Source: an uncultured Acidobacteriota bacterium (GTDB lineage: Bacteria > Acidobacteriota > Thermoanaerobaculia > UBA5066 > DATFVB01). Taken from it: a stretch of 64,000 nt of DNA. Position 1 is the stretch's first letter. Each line of letters begins with the position of its first letter. The DNA is taken from positions 896,001 through 960,000 of the forward strand of contig CAWEYG010000003.1 in assembly GCA_963813155.1 (NCBI GenBank), given 5' to 3'. The notes beneath the pieces are model-generated. The model did no database searches and was not told the origin of the DNA. It saw nothing but the letters and a program-made list of their open reading frames with translations. Positions 51,188-61,517 of the stretch are shown piece by piece. Position numbers and translations under genes: made by a program.

Positions 51188-52126
51188 ATGAACGAAGAAC
51201 CGAAAATCCGCGTATTGCTCCCCATGGTGCCGGAAGAGGCGACCGCCAACGTCGGTCGGCTCGTTCGCGCGTTTTTCCGCCCCGACCTGGCCGTGCTTCG
51301 GCCCTTCTACGCCGCGCGCCCGCTGCAGGCGGAAGTCTTCCTTCCCGAAGCGTCGGCGGCTCTGCCGGAGCTCTACCGTCTCGACCTCGAGGCAAGGCTG
51401 GCCGCCGGAGATCAGCTGAAGAAGGCGGTGGCTCCTCTGGCCGAGGCGGGCTACACGACGGAGCCGGACGTCGTCTCGGCAGCGCCGATCGAGGCGGTCA
51501 TGAACGAGATCGGGGCCTGGCGCGCCGATATGACCGTCCTCCGGACGAGCCGGGTCTCGCGGCAGGAAGGCCGAATCGGACACATGACGTCGAGCCTCGC
51601 GCGAAGCGCGAGCTGCCCCATTCTGACGTACCGCGACGTTCCCGAATCGTACCGGGTGAGAAGAGTCCTCATCGCGACGGATTTCTCGGAAAGCTCGCGG
51701 GCGAGCGCCGACTGGGGAATGGCCATGGCGGAACTGGCGCAGGCCGAAGCGCACCTGCTCTACGTCGTCGCGCGGCACGGAACGCGAAAGCTCGACTCCG
51801 CGCTCGTGCTCAGGGAAGGGACCGACGAAATCGCCCGCTGGAGGAAGCGGATAAATCCCGCGTTTCCCCGCCCGTTGACCGACGCCCACGTGATCTCGGC
51901 CGAATACCCGGCGGAGGGAATTCTGAACTTTGCGACGGATTCCGCGTTCGACCTGGTCGTTCTCGCCGGCACGGGCCGGACGGCCCTGGGCGGGATGCTC
52001 CTCGGCTCCAACGCCCGGGCAGTCGTCCGCTGGAGCGATCGCCCGGTGCTCCTTGTCCCCAATTCGAACCGTATTTCGGCAGCCTTGGTCCTCGGAAAGA
52101 TGCTCGTCGGTGTCTCGAGCCGCTGA
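51188..52126 (+). CDS. Tandem universal stress protein
   Basis: VLIATDFSESS, DLVVLAGTGRT..LLGSNA..V..PVL. Confidence 0.85.
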   Translation: MNEEPKIRVLLPMVPEEATANVGRLVRAFFRPDLAVLRPFYAARPLQAEVFLPEASAALPELYRLDLEARLAAGDQLKKAVAPLAEAGYTTEPDVVSAAPIEAVMNEIGAWRADMTVLRTSRVSRQEGRIGHMTSSLARSASCPILTYRDVPESYRVRRVLIATDFSESSRASADWGMAMAELAQAEAHLLYVVARHGTRKLDSALVLREGTDEIARWRKRINPAFPRPLTDAHVISAEYPAEGILNFATDSAFDLVVLAGTGRTALGGMLLGSNARAVVRWSDRPVLLVPNSNRISAALVLGKMLVGVSSR

Positions 52127-52131
52127 GCCCC

Positions 52132-52147
52132 TAATTCATTCGCATCA
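52132..52147 (+). promoter_or_regulatory. Degenerate 7-2-7 operator
   Basis: TAATTCATTCGCATCA upstream of the DUF4136 gene. Confidence 0.35.
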
Positions 52148-52182
52148 TGACTCCGGGCAGCACGAGCGAGGAAGATCCCATT

Positions 52183-52707
52183 ATGAGAGCTCTTCGAATC
52201 GTTTCTCGTCTGGGACTCCTGGCACTCACCCTGAACGCCTGCTCGACGCTCCGGATCGCCGTGGATTACGACAAGTCGGTCGATTTCGCGAAATACCGGA
52301 CCTACAAATGGATCGAGAACGCGCCTCCGCCGGAAAACGCATTGGTGATGAAGAGATTCCGCGCGGTGATCGAGCACCGGCTGGTCGCGAAGGGCTTCAC
52401 GAAGTCCGATCGCCCGGATCTGCTGATCGCGCTTCAGACGCATCGAGCTCTGGAAACTGTCTTTCGAACCGATGTTGAGCGCTGGGGTTACGGACCGGGA
52501 TGGTGGAGGGGAAACATCGCCTTTACGCGGCCCGAACAGATCCCCGTCGGGACCCTCGTCCTCGATCTCGTCGACGCCCGCTCCAACGAGCTGGTCTGGC
52601 GGGGAGTCGCGCGTCGCCTGATCGATCCCGAGGCGTCCTCTGAAAAAAGAGACCGCCACGCTGAAGAAACGATCGATCGGCTCCTCGAGAACTTCCCGCC
52701 GCGATGA
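52183..52707 (+). CDS. DUF4136 family lipoprotein
   Basis: LNAC lipobox, DF.KYRTY.W, GTLVLDLVDA..LVWRG, FPP end. Confidence 0.85.
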   Translation: MRALRIVSRLGLLALTLNACSTLRIAVDYDKSVDFAKYRTYKWIENAPPPENALVMKRFRAVIEHRLVAKGFTKSDRPDLLIALQTHRALETVFRTDVERWGYGPGWWRGNIAFTRPEQIPVGTLVLDLVDARSNELVWRGVARRLIDPEASSEKRDRHAEETIDRLLENFPPR

Positions 52708-53027
52708 CGGTCGCCGTTCAGCCCTCGCGATGCTCAGTCGCCTTGATGAAAGCGGATCTGAACCCGGTGCACGCCAACATCCTCCTCGCCTGCCCTGGCT
52801 GCGGTCATTCGACCGGACTCCTCACGCTCCATCCCTCCTGGCGCTGCGCCCGATGCCGGGTGCACTGGCAATTGAAAATGTGCCGGCACTGCCACCGGCA
52901 TCTCGCGATGGGAGAGGACGGCCCCTTCTGTACGGACGGGCTCCGGCGCGGGACAGGCCGCGCGGCAACGGCTTCGCCCACCGCTCACGACAAGGTGTTG
53001 CAACAAGCTAAACGCTTGCGATCTTGA
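52704..53027 (+). CDS. Possible small Cys-rich (Zn-finger) protein
   Basis: CPGC, CARC, CRHC motifs; ATGA overlap with the upstream gene. Confidence 0.35.
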   Translation: MTVAVQPSRCSVALMKADLNPVHANILLACPGCGHSTGLLTLHPSWRCARCRVHWQLKMCRHCHRHLAMGEDGPFCTDGLRRGTGRAATASPTAHDKVLQQAKRLRS

Positions 53028-53061
53028 GAAAACTCAGTTTGACCCAGAAGGAGAGTTCGTC

Positions 53062-53454
53062 ATGAAAGGTTTTGTGGAAGACATCGAGAGTCTCGCTGTC
53101 ACAAACGGTGAGTTTCGCCGGGTGCTTTACACGGCAAAGCACTGCCAGCTCGTCCTCATGTCGCTAAAACCCAAGGAAGAGATCGGGGCGGAAGTCCACC
53201 ATCTCGACCAGTTCTTTCGCGTGGAGGAAGGAAGCGGTCAGGCGATTCTCGATGGCGTTCGGACGGCGATCCGAGCGGGCTTCGCGGTCGTCGTTCCGGC
53301 CGGAGCGAATCACAACATCATCAATACCGGCAGCGTTCCGCTGAAGCTCTACACGCTCTACGCGCGCCCAAATCATCGCGACGGCGTCGTCCACCATACG
53401 CGCGACGACGCGGAAGCCGACAACGAGCACTTCGACGGCAGGACCACAGAATAG
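53062..53454 (+). CDS. Cupin domain protein
   Basis: FRRVLYT, QLVLM, EEIGAEVH..DQFFRVE.G, PAG..HN; AAGGAG RBS. Confidence 0.88.
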   Translation: MKGFVEDIESLAVTNGEFRRVLYTAKHCQLVLMSLKPKEEIGAEVHHLDQFFRVEEGSGQAILDGVRTAIRAGFAVVVPAGANHNIINTGSVPLKLYTLYARPNHRDGVVHHTRDDAEADNEHFDGRTTE

Positions 53455-53615
53455 AGAGCCAAATCGGGCGACCGCCTCCACGGCGGACCGCAGGAGGCGC
53501 AACCCACCGGGCGGCCGAGGACCGATCGATGCCCTGGGGTGTGAGACCGGCGAAGCTGTGAGAAATCGGTCGGTGGATCGCGGGCTCCCGCGAGGGGCGT
53601 CTCTTGCCGAACTCG

Positions 53616-54062
53616 TTAACGGGGAGAGCCCGATTTTCTCCGCGGTCCGCGCCCTTTCATGATCCACCTTTTCGATTTCGTGACCGGGCGCTCCGCGCCC
53701 TTACCGATCAACGTCAACAAATCGGTCGTCGTCACGATACCGACGAGCTTGCCGTTCTCAACGACCGGAAGGCTGCCGATCGATCGCCCTCGCATCAGGT
53801 TTGCGGCTTCCCGGAGCGTCGTTTCCTTTCGCGCGGTCACGACCGACGAGGTCATCACGTCGGCAACCGTCCGGTTCTTCCGATACTCGGGATCAGCGAA
53901 ACCGCCCATGTCGCGGTCGGAGAGAATCCCCACGATTTCCGAACCGCGTGTGACGACCAGATGGTGGATTCGACTCTGTGTCAGCCGGTTCCATGCCTGT
54001 TCCGCCGACATCCCGGCATCGACGGTCTCGACCTTCTTGTTCATGACCTCTTCGAGTCTCAT
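53616..54062 (-). CDS. CBS domain pair protein
   Basis: IHHLVV..GILSDRD; V.DVM; IGSLPVV..LVGIVT..DLL. Confidence 0.88.
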   Translation of the reverse strand: MRLEEVMNKKVETVDAGMSAEQAWNRLTQSRIHHLVVTRGSEIVGILSDRDMGGFADPEYRKNRTVADVMTSSVVTARKETTLREAANLMRGRSIGSLPVVENGKLVGIVTTTDLLTLIGKGAERPVTKSKRWIMKGRGPRRKSGSPR

Positions 54063-54155
54063 TCCTCGCGCTCCCTTCCGTATGGAATTCCCTGTATATT
54101 CAAAGACCTTGGAAACACATTCGGAATCGCCTTTCGAGAACAAGCGGGAGGCCCG

Positions 54156-54611
54156 GTGAGAGTCGAACAACTGATGCGAAAGCGGGTGGAAACAATCCGC
54201 GAGGACGGCTCGACCGAGGAAGCCCTGAAACGGATGCGCCTTCGCAAGCTCCGGCACCTCGTTGTCGTCCGAGAGGGTGAGGTCGTCGGGATCGTATCGG
54301 ACCGCGATCTTGCCGGCCTGCTCGTGGGAGACCTTCGACTGGACCGATCGATTTCGCAGGTCATGAGCCTTGGAGTCGCTGTCGTTGGACCGGAGACCAA
54401 GATCGAAGACGCCGCGCGTCTCATGCGTCGGCGAAAGATTGGCGCCTTGCCGGTCGTGTATGGTCGAAAACTCATCGGAATCCTCACTGCGTCTGACCTT
54501 CTTGAACTGTTGAGCCGCGTCATGACAAAGCCTCGTCAAAAACGACGCCCGCGGCATCATCCCAAGAGGTCTCGAGACTCCACAACTCGCCGCATCGCAG
54601 CGAAAAGATGA
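54156..54611 (+). CDS. CBS domain pair protein, divergent paralog of the previous gene
   Basis: LRHLVV..GIVSDRD; KIGALPVV..LIGILT..DLL. Confidence 0.8.
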   Translation: MRVEQLMRKRVETIREDGSTEEALKRMRLRKLRHLVVVREGEVVGIVSDRDLAGLLVGDLRLDRSISQVMSLGVAVVGPETKIEDAARLMRRRKIGALPVVYGRKLIGILTASDLLELLSRVMTKPRQKRRPRHHPKRSRDSTTRRIAAKR

Positions 54612-54659
54612 AAAAAGAGCGTGGCCGTCGCGGGGGCGACAGCCACGCGCCTGCCGGGC

Positions 54660-55340
54660 TCAGAAGTACGGCTCGATTCTGAGCCGATCGACGACCTGCT
54701 GCACTCCGGAAGCGTGTTGAACAGCTCCGAGAACGGCGTCCTTTTCCGGCCAGGAGTGAACCCTTCCCTCGAGGACCACCTTTCCGTCGTCGACGTCCGC
54801 GTCGATCCGATCCGCTTCGCGCTCGGCTCGGCGCTCGAGCGTGTCTTCGATCGCTTTCCGGAGCTTCACGGGATCCGCGCTCTTCCTCGCGACCGTGATG
54901 TTGTTGATCACGCCCCGAACGCCGAGAAGCCTCCGGACGGCGCTCTCGACCTCGTCGCGGTCGAAAAGAGACTCGACGCCTCCTTCGAGCGTCACCCATC
55001 CACTGGCGACGGTCGATCGGACCTTCGTGTCATCGACAAACGAGTCCCACTCGAGAGCGCGTCGGACCGCGAGAGCGATGTCCGGGTCAGTCCGAACGAG
55101 GCTCCCGGGGATCTGAACCTGGATGTCGTCGGCGACATCCAGCACGCCGCTCACCCGGTGCGCCGCCTGGCGCGCCGCGAGCTTCTTCGCGTAGCTGTCG
55201 ACGTTGCCTGTCAGGGCCACGATCCCGTTCTTGACGGACACACCGATCTCCGTTTGTTTGACTCTCGTGTCCCAACGCAACTCTGCCAGAACGTCCTGCT
55301 GAACTTGTGAATCGGTCCGAGTCATTGTCATGGTTGCCAT
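54660..55340 (-). CDS. Triple BON (OsmY-like) domain protein
   Basis: Three repeats of G.V.L.G.V..GV..V.(D/N); AAAGGAGG RBS. Confidence 0.9.
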   Translation of the reverse strand: MATMTMTRTDSQVQQDVLAELRWDTRVKQTEIGVSVKNGIVALTGNVDSYAKKLAARQAAHRVSGVLDVADDIQVQIPGSLVRTDPDIALAVRRALEWDSFVDDTKVRSTVASGWVTLEGGVESLFDRDEVESAVRRLLGVRGVINNITVARKSADPVKLRKAIEDTLERRAEREADRIDADVDDGKVVLEGRVHSWPEKDAVLGAVQHASGVQQVVDRLRIEPYF

Positions 55341-55395
55341 ATCGGCCTCCTTTCGATTACGCCGCCAGTTTTCCCCCGTGCAAACCGGCTCACAA

Positions 55396-55411
55396 TGATG
55401 CAAACGCTTCA
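55396..55411. promoter_or_regulatory. 7-2-7 operator in the BON/ABC divergent region
   Basis: TGATGCAAACGCTTCA; a second half-site TGATGCAAT lies at 55439. Confidence 0.6.
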
Positions 55412-55491
55412 ATTTCGCCATTTCGCAAATTCCACATCTGATGCAATTGGAGGATTGTTCATCGGCGGGTCGAGGCGGCATTCTCATCGTC

Positions 55492-56751
55492 ATGGAGTCG
55501 GTTCATGCCGCCAGGCCGGTCCGCGGGGCCGTTGGGGTTCACGACCTGGGGACTCTGTTCGACCTGGCTTTCCGGGCGCTTTTCCAGAACAAGATGCGAT
55601 CGGCGCTGACGATGCTCGGGATCATCATCGGCGTGGGTTGCGTCATCGCGATGATGGGGATCGGAGAAGGCGCCTCCCGATCGATTCAGTCGCAAATCAG
55701 TTCCCTGGGCTCGAATTTCATCATGCTCATGCCCGGAGCCTCGACTCAGGGGGGTGCCCGCATCTTCACGGGGCAATCGACGATTACGGAGGAGGATGCG
55801 GCGGCCATCCGGCAGGAATGTCCCTCGGTCGCCTACGTCTCCCCGACGGTTCGAGGCGCGGCGCAGCTGATCGCCGGAGAGACCAACTGGGGGACTCGCA
55901 TCCAGGGCGCCGGAGTCGAATGGCCTTACGTGCGCTCGTGGAACACCGTGAAGGGAGCGTTCTTCGCGGATTCCGACGTTCGCGCGGCGACGAAGGTCTG
56001 CGTGCTCGGGGCGACCGTCTCCGACAACCTCTTTCCGGACGCCGAGGCTGTCGAACAGATCGTTCGGATCAACCATGTTCCCTTCAAGGTCGTCGGCATC
56101 CTCGACCGGAAGGGAGCGACGATGATGGGCGACCAGGATGATGTGGTTATCGCTCCTTACACGACAGTCATGAAGCGGCTGACCGGGGCCACGAAACTCG
56201 ACATGATCTTTGTTTCCGCGGCATCGGCTAACCTCGTGGGGCAGGCGCAAAAGGAGATCGAAATCCTCCTGAGACAGCGGCATCACCTTGCGGCGGGTCA
56301 GGACTCCGATTTCACGATGCGGTCGCAGGAGGAGTTCGCACAGATGACCCAGGAATCCTCCCGGACTCTCTCGCTGCTGCTCGCGTGCTCCGCGGCGATC
56401 TCGTTGCTCGTCGGCGGCATCGGGATCATGAACATCATGCTCGTCGCCGTCAGCGAGCGGACGCACGAGATCGGTCTCCGCCGGGCTCTCGGAGCGCGCT
56501 CTCGACAGGTTCTCCTCCAGTTCCTGATCGAGGCGGTGACCCTTTCCGCGTTGGGAGGGATCGTCGGCGTCGCGCTCGGAATTGGCGCATCGCGAATCAT
56601 CGGGCGGCGGGGCGGCTTGCCGGTCGAGCTCAACGCCGCCGCAATTCTGGTGGCTTTCGGATTCTCGGCTGCCGTCGGGATTTTCTTCGGTTTCTATCCC
56701 GCCCGCAAAGCGTCGCGACTGAACCCCGTGGAAGCGCTGCGATACGAATGA
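55492..56751 (+). CDS. MacB/FtsX family ABC permease with no adjacent ATPase
   Basis: NKMRSALTMLGIIIGV, VGGIGIMNIML..V.ERT.EIG.R.ALGA, FYPARKAS.L.P.EALRYE. Confidence 0.92.
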   Translation: MESVHAARPVRGAVGVHDLGTLFDLAFRALFQNKMRSALTMLGIIIGVGCVIAMMGIGEGASRSIQSQISSLGSNFIMLMPGASTQGGARIFTGQSTITEEDAAAIRQECPSVAYVSPTVRGAAQLIAGETNWGTRIQGAGVEWPYVRSWNTVKGAFFADSDVRAATKVCVLGATVSDNLFPDAEAVEQIVRINHVPFKVVGILDRKGATMMGDQDDVVIAPYTTVMKRLTGATKLDMIFVSAASANLVGQAQKEIEILLRQRHHLAAGQDSDFTMRSQEEFAQMTQESSRTLSLLLACSAAISLLVGGIGIMNIMLVAVSERTHEIGLRRALGARSRQVLLQFLIEAVTLSALGGIVGVALGIGASRIIGRRGGLPVELNAAAILVAFGFSAAVGIFFGFYPARKASRLNPVEALRYE

Positions 56752-56812
56752 CGGACCTCGCGGTCGAAACCTTCCGCCTGAGCCCAAATTTCCGCGAAAC
56801 GGAGGAGTGCCA

Positions 56813-57581
<769 letters not shown>

Positions 57582-57642
57582 TTCGAAAATGATGAATCTG
57601 AGGGATTCCTCCAACCGCGCCCGATGAGAAAGGGTGACGTCC

Positions 57643-57795
57643 ATGAATGACGCAAAGATTCGAGTTTTGCTTCCCCTGGTGCCCGAAGCGGCGTTCGCCG
57701 ACGTCAGTCGTCTCGCTCGGGCGTCGGCCGGCCCGAACGGAGTCCCGGCGGCTTCGATCCTGGAAAAGGCTAACGCCACCGCGATGACCCATTGA
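57643..57795 (+). pseudogene. Internally deleted remnant of a USP paralog
   Basis: MNDAKIRVLLPLVPEAAFADVSRLARA aligns with MNEEPKIRVLLPMVPEEATANVGRLVRA at 51188. Confidence 0.65.
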
Positions 57796-57840
57796 GTCGA
57801 TGATCCGGTCGATGACCGGTCACCTGTTATGCTGAGCGCC

Positions 57841-58503
57841 ATGTCGTCCGCTGTCCACGAAGCGATCGATCTGCTCTCCAAGAGCGGCGAAGCCGCTTTT
57901 GCGATCGACTCCGGCGACCGGATCGTCTACTGGAACCGCGGCTGCGAGGAGCTTCTCGGCTTCGAACCGCAGAAGGTCCTGGGAAAGCACTGCTACGACG
58001 TCATGGGCGGTCGCGACGAGAACGGAAACGTCTATTGCTACCGAAACTGCCCCGTCGCCGACCAGGCGCGGAACGACCACTTGCCGGAAGTGCATCCCTT
58101 CCACCTGCTCGTCAAGGACAAGGCCGGGAAGGAAAAGCGGCTCGCCGTTTCGATGTTTTCCGTTCCGGCCGTCCGGCCGACCCTCTCCGCCGTCATTCAC
58201 GTCATCCGCGAGGAGGGATCCGCGCCTTCGCCGCTCGAGAAGAGCCTCGCGAAAGCCTCGGAGGGTATGCCCGCGCCCCGCTGGCCGTTGACGACCTCGG
58301 AAGGCCAGAAGGTCGAGCTGACCGCGCGCGAGAAGGAGATCCTTCGCTGCCTCGCGGAAGGCCTGTCGACTCCCGCGATCTCGGACCGGCTCTTCATCGC
58401 GCCAGTGACCGTTCGAAACCACGTCCAGAACCTCCTGCACAAGCTCGACGTCCACACGAAGCTCGCCGCGGTCGTCTTCGCCTACCGCAACCAGCTGATC
58501 TGA
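57841..58503 (+). CDS. PAS-LuxR(NarL-type HTH) transcription regulator, copy 2
   Basis: IVYWN PAS; C-X14-C-X3-CP; LTAREKEIL..TVRNHVQNLL.KL. Confidence 0.9.
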   Translation: MSSAVHEAIDLLSKSGEAAFAIDSGDRIVYWNRGCEELLGFEPQKVLGKHCYDVMGGRDENGNVYCYRNCPVADQARNDHLPEVHPFHLLVKDKAGKEKRLAVSMFSVPAVRPTLSAVIHVIREEGSAPSPLEKSLAKASEGMPAPRWPLTTSEGQKVELTAREKEILRCLAEGLSTPAISDRLFIAPVTVRNHVQNLLHKLDVHTKLAAVVFAYRNQLI

Positions 58504-58604
58504 CCACTGGCGAGGGCCGCCGAGCGGGTGACCGGCGGCGAATGCCTTCCGCCTGCCCGCTGGAGTGACACTGCCTCCTCTCGCTGCGAGATATTCTCGG
58601 CTCG

Positions 58605-60293
58605 GTGAATCCGACTCCCGGCCCAACGCCGGCATTTCTGCCGAAATCGTTCGTCGCCCTCCGGGGCTACTCGCGCCGTCAATTCCTGGCCGACCTTCAG
58701 GCGGGACTCGTCGTCGGCATCGTCGCGATCCCCCTCGCGCTCGCGTTCGCGATCGCTTCCGGAGTCTCCCCGGAGAAAGGTCTCGTCACGGCCGTCGTCG
58801 CCGGCTTCCTGATCTCGCTCCTCGGCGGAAGCCGGGTTCAGATCGGAGGCCCCACCGGAGCGTTCGTGGTGATCGTCTACGGCATCGTCCAGAAATACGG
58901 CGTGGACGGGCTCGCCGTCTGCACTCTCCTTGCGGGCATTCTGCTCGTCGCGATGGGGTTCGCCCGGTTCGGCGGGGCAATCAAGTTCATTCCCTATCCG
59001 GTCGTCACCGGATTCACGAGCGGCATCGCCGTCATCATTTTTTCTTCGGAAGTGAAGGACCTGTTCGGCCTCCGGATGGGGGCCGTTCCCTCGCCGTTTC
59101 TCGAGAAGTGGGCGGCATTCGGCAAGGCGTTCGCCTCGTTCTCCCCCGCCGCCGTAGGCGTTTCCACGGGATCGCTCGCGATCCTGATCTTCTGGCCGCG
59201 GATTTCGAAGAAGATTCCGGGACCGATCGTCGCGATTCTCGCCGCGACGGCCGCCGTCGCCGTATTCAAGATCCCGGTCGAGACGATCGGGTCGCGGTTC
59301 GGGGGGTTCCACGCGTCGATCCCGGCGCCGCGCTTTCCGCCCCTGAGCCTCTCGCGGGTGCGGGAGCTGTTTTCTCCCGCGGTGACCGTCGCCCTCCTCG
59401 CGGGGATCGAGTCGCTTCTCTCGGCCGTCGTCGCCGACGGCATGATCGGCAGCCGCCACAAGTCGAACCTGGAGCTCGTCGCGCAGGGCGTCGGGAACAT
59501 CGCGTCGTCGCTTTTCGGCGGCATACCGGCCGCGGGCGCAATCGCCCGCACCGCGACGAACGTCAAGAACGGGGGACGCACTCCCGTCGCCGGCATGATT
59601 CATTCGGCCACCCTGCTGTTCGTGCTTCTCCTCTTCGGCCGGTGGGCCAGTCTCATTCCGCTCGCGACGCTCGCCGCGGTCCTCGCGGTTGTCGCCTACC
59701 ACATGAGCGAATGGCGGTCCTTCGCGACTCTCCTGCGGACGCCGCGAAGCGATGTCCTGGTCCTGTTGACCACGTTCCTCCTGACCGTGCTCGTCGACCT
59801 CTCGGTCGCCGTGCAGGTGGGGGTCGTTCTCGCCGCCTTCCTTTTCATGAAGCGGATGGCCGACGTCACCAACGTCGGGGCGATTACCCGCGAGTTCGAG
59901 GAGTCGCCCGACGGCATGATGTCGGCGGACCCGGGCGGCGTCGCCCGGCGCACGATTCCCCCGGGAGTCGAGGTTTACGAGATCAACGGCCCTTTCTTCT
60001 TCGGAGCCGCCGACAAAATCAAAGACGTGCTCCAGTTCGTGGCAAAGAAACCGAAGGTCTTCATCCTCCGGCTGAGGAACGTTCCCGCCATCGACGCAAC
60101 CGGGATCCACGTGCTCGACGACCTGCATGAGAGCTTCGTGCGAAAGGGGATCGTGTTCCTGATCGCCGGCCTCCAGGCCCAGCCCTTCGCCGCGCTCGAC
60201 CGCGCGGGCCGGCTCGACCGGTACGGCCGCGAGAACCTCGCAGGCGACCTCGACGAAGCTCTTGAAAAGGCCAGGGCTTCCACCGCGAAATGA
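58605..60293 (+). CDS. SulP/SLC26 anion transporter with STAS domain
   Basis: AGLVVGIVAIPLALAFAIASG, QIGGPTGAF, ESLLSA, IARTATN, GPFFFGAA, IDATG. Confidence 0.93.
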   Translation: MNPTPGPTPAFLPKSFVALRGYSRRQFLADLQAGLVVGIVAIPLALAFAIASGVSPEKGLVTAVVAGFLISLLGGSRVQIGGPTGAFVVIVYGIVQKYGVDGLAVCTLLAGILLVAMGFARFGGAIKFIPYPVVTGFTSGIAVIIFSSEVKDLFGLRMGAVPSPFLEKWAAFGKAFASFSPAAVGVSTGSLAILIFWPRISKKIPGPIVAILAATAAVAVFKIPVETIGSRFGGFHASIPAPRFPPLSLSRVRELFSPAVTVALLAGIESLLSAVVADGMIGSRHKSNLELVAQGVGNIASSLFGGIPAAGAIARTATNVKNGGRTPVAGMIHSATLLFVLLLFGRWASLIPLATLAAVLAVVAYHMSEWRSFATLLRTPRSDVLVLLTTFLLTVLVDLSVAVQVGVVLAAFLFMKRMADVTNVGAITREFEESPDGMMSADPGGVARRTIPPGVEVYEINGPFFFGAADKIKDVLQFVAKKPKVFILRLRNVPAIDATGIHVLDDLHESFVRKGIVFLIAGLQAQPFAALDRAGRLDRYGRENLAGDLDEALEKARASTAK

Positions 60294-60334
60294 ATCGTTT
60301 GCATCAGGGCGCGCTATGAGAGAATTGCCACAAT
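60291..60334 (+). promoter_or_regulatory. 7-2-7 operator plus -10 box upstream of the cytochrome genes
   Basis: TGAATCGTTTGCATCA (60291-60306), 22 nt spacer, CACAAT (60329-60334). Confidence 0.6.
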
Positions 60335-60350
60335 CGCGAAGGAGGTTCCC

Positions 60351-60647
60351 ATGAACTCGACACGAAAGATGGCGGTGGCGTTTGCGGCGCTTTACGTCGC
60401 GCTCGCGCTGCTGCAGGGCCCGGCGTGGGGAAAGCCCCTCTGGGTGAAAAAAGTCAAGGACCTGGGCTATCCGGCGCAGAATTGCCTCTATTGCCACTCC
60501 GAAAAACTTCCGAAGAAGGATTCGTTCAAGCCGGATCAGTTGAACGACCGCGGAAAATGGCTCTTCGCGAAGAAGCAGGAGCTGAAGGCGAACGAAGTCG
60601 ACGTGGAATGGTTGAAGGACTATCCCGGAGGTAAGGAGCAGAAGTGA
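60351..60647 (+). CDS. Small secreted monoheme c-type cytochrome
   Basis: Signal peptide; NCLYCH..LNDRG; AAGGAGG RBS. Confidence 0.75.
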   Translation: MNSTRKMAVAFAALYVALALLQGPAWGKPLWVKKVKDLGYPAQNCLYCHSEKLPKKDSFKPDQLNDRGKWLFAKKQELKANEVDVEWLKDYPGGKEQK

Positions 60648-61285
60648 GCCTGGGCGCGGTCCACCCCACCGGGTGGATTGGAACGTCCACGGAGTGGGCG
60701 CAAGGCCTCGGCATCGCGCTCGTTCTCATCGACCTCGGCCTTGCTCCTGGGAACGTGGATCGCTTCCCACCGTCGGGGGCTCACGTCGCATCTCAAGCAA
60801 AACCTCGTTCTGGGAATCGCGGTCCTTCCGATCGCCGTCGTCTTTCTCGGTTACTCGTACGGGCTCGAGAAATCCAAGAGCGTCGAAGCCTGCGGCGCTT
60901 GCCACGTGATGACCGCCTACGTCGCCGATCTCCGGATCCCGCGAGCGATTCGCTGGCCGCCACCCACTACAAGAACCGTTACATTCAGGAGAATCACTGC
61001 TATACCTGCCACAGCGATTACGGAATGTTCGGGACCGTGAAGGCCAAGTGGGAGGGGCTCGGGCATGTGGTCCATTACACGCTGCACGATTACAAGCTGC
61101 CGTTGAAGATCCATCATCCCTACTCGAACCTGCGTTGCCTCGGTTGCCACGGCGAGTCTCAAAAGTTTCTCGACCCGAAGAAGCATTCCGCCGAAGACCA
61201 GCGAAACCTGATCGCCGGCCAGATGTCCTGTCTCGACTGCCACGGCCCCGCTCATCCCAAGTTCGAGTTGAAGGCATCCCGATGA
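60644..61285 (+). CDS. Membrane-anchored tetraheme cytochrome, NapC/NirT/CymA-like (two frameshifts, near 60745 and 60940)
   Basis: TM helices, then CGACHVM, CYTCH, K..G..H, CLGCH, CLDCH..H across frames. Confidence 0.75.
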   Translation: MSLGAVHPTGWIGTSTEWAQGLGIALVLIDLGLAPGNVDRFPPSGAHVASQAKPRSGNRGPSDRRRLSRLLVRAREIQERRSLRRLPRDDRLRRRSPDPASDSLAATHYKNRYIQENHCYTCHSDYGMFGTVKAKWEGLGHVVHYTLHDYKLPLKIHHPYSNLRCLGCHGESQKFLDPKKHSAEDQRNLIAGQMSCLDCHGPAHPKFELKASR

Positions 61286-61491
61286 CGGAAACTCCCCGTC
61301 CTTCCGCCCTCGATCGCGCGTCGATCGCTTTCACCGTCGCGGGGCTCCTCGTGTGTCTCGCTCTTCTCGTTCGCGAGACTCCCTATACCCTGACGGCGTT
61401 CATGTTCCTGGCGCAGCCGCTCATCGCCGTGGGGTTCCTGCTGTTCGTGGTTCGCGTCGTTCGCGACCTGCGCCGCAAAGACCTGATCTAG
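61282..61491 (+). CDS. Small two-TM membrane protein
   Basis: ATGA-coupled; two hydrophobic helices. Confidence 0.6.
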   Translation: MTETPRPSALDRASIAFTVAGLLVCLALLVRETPYTLTAFMFLAQPLIAVGFLLFVVRVVRDLRRKDLI

Positions 61492-61517
61492 AGATTGCGT
61501 CCCCTGCACCGGGAGCC

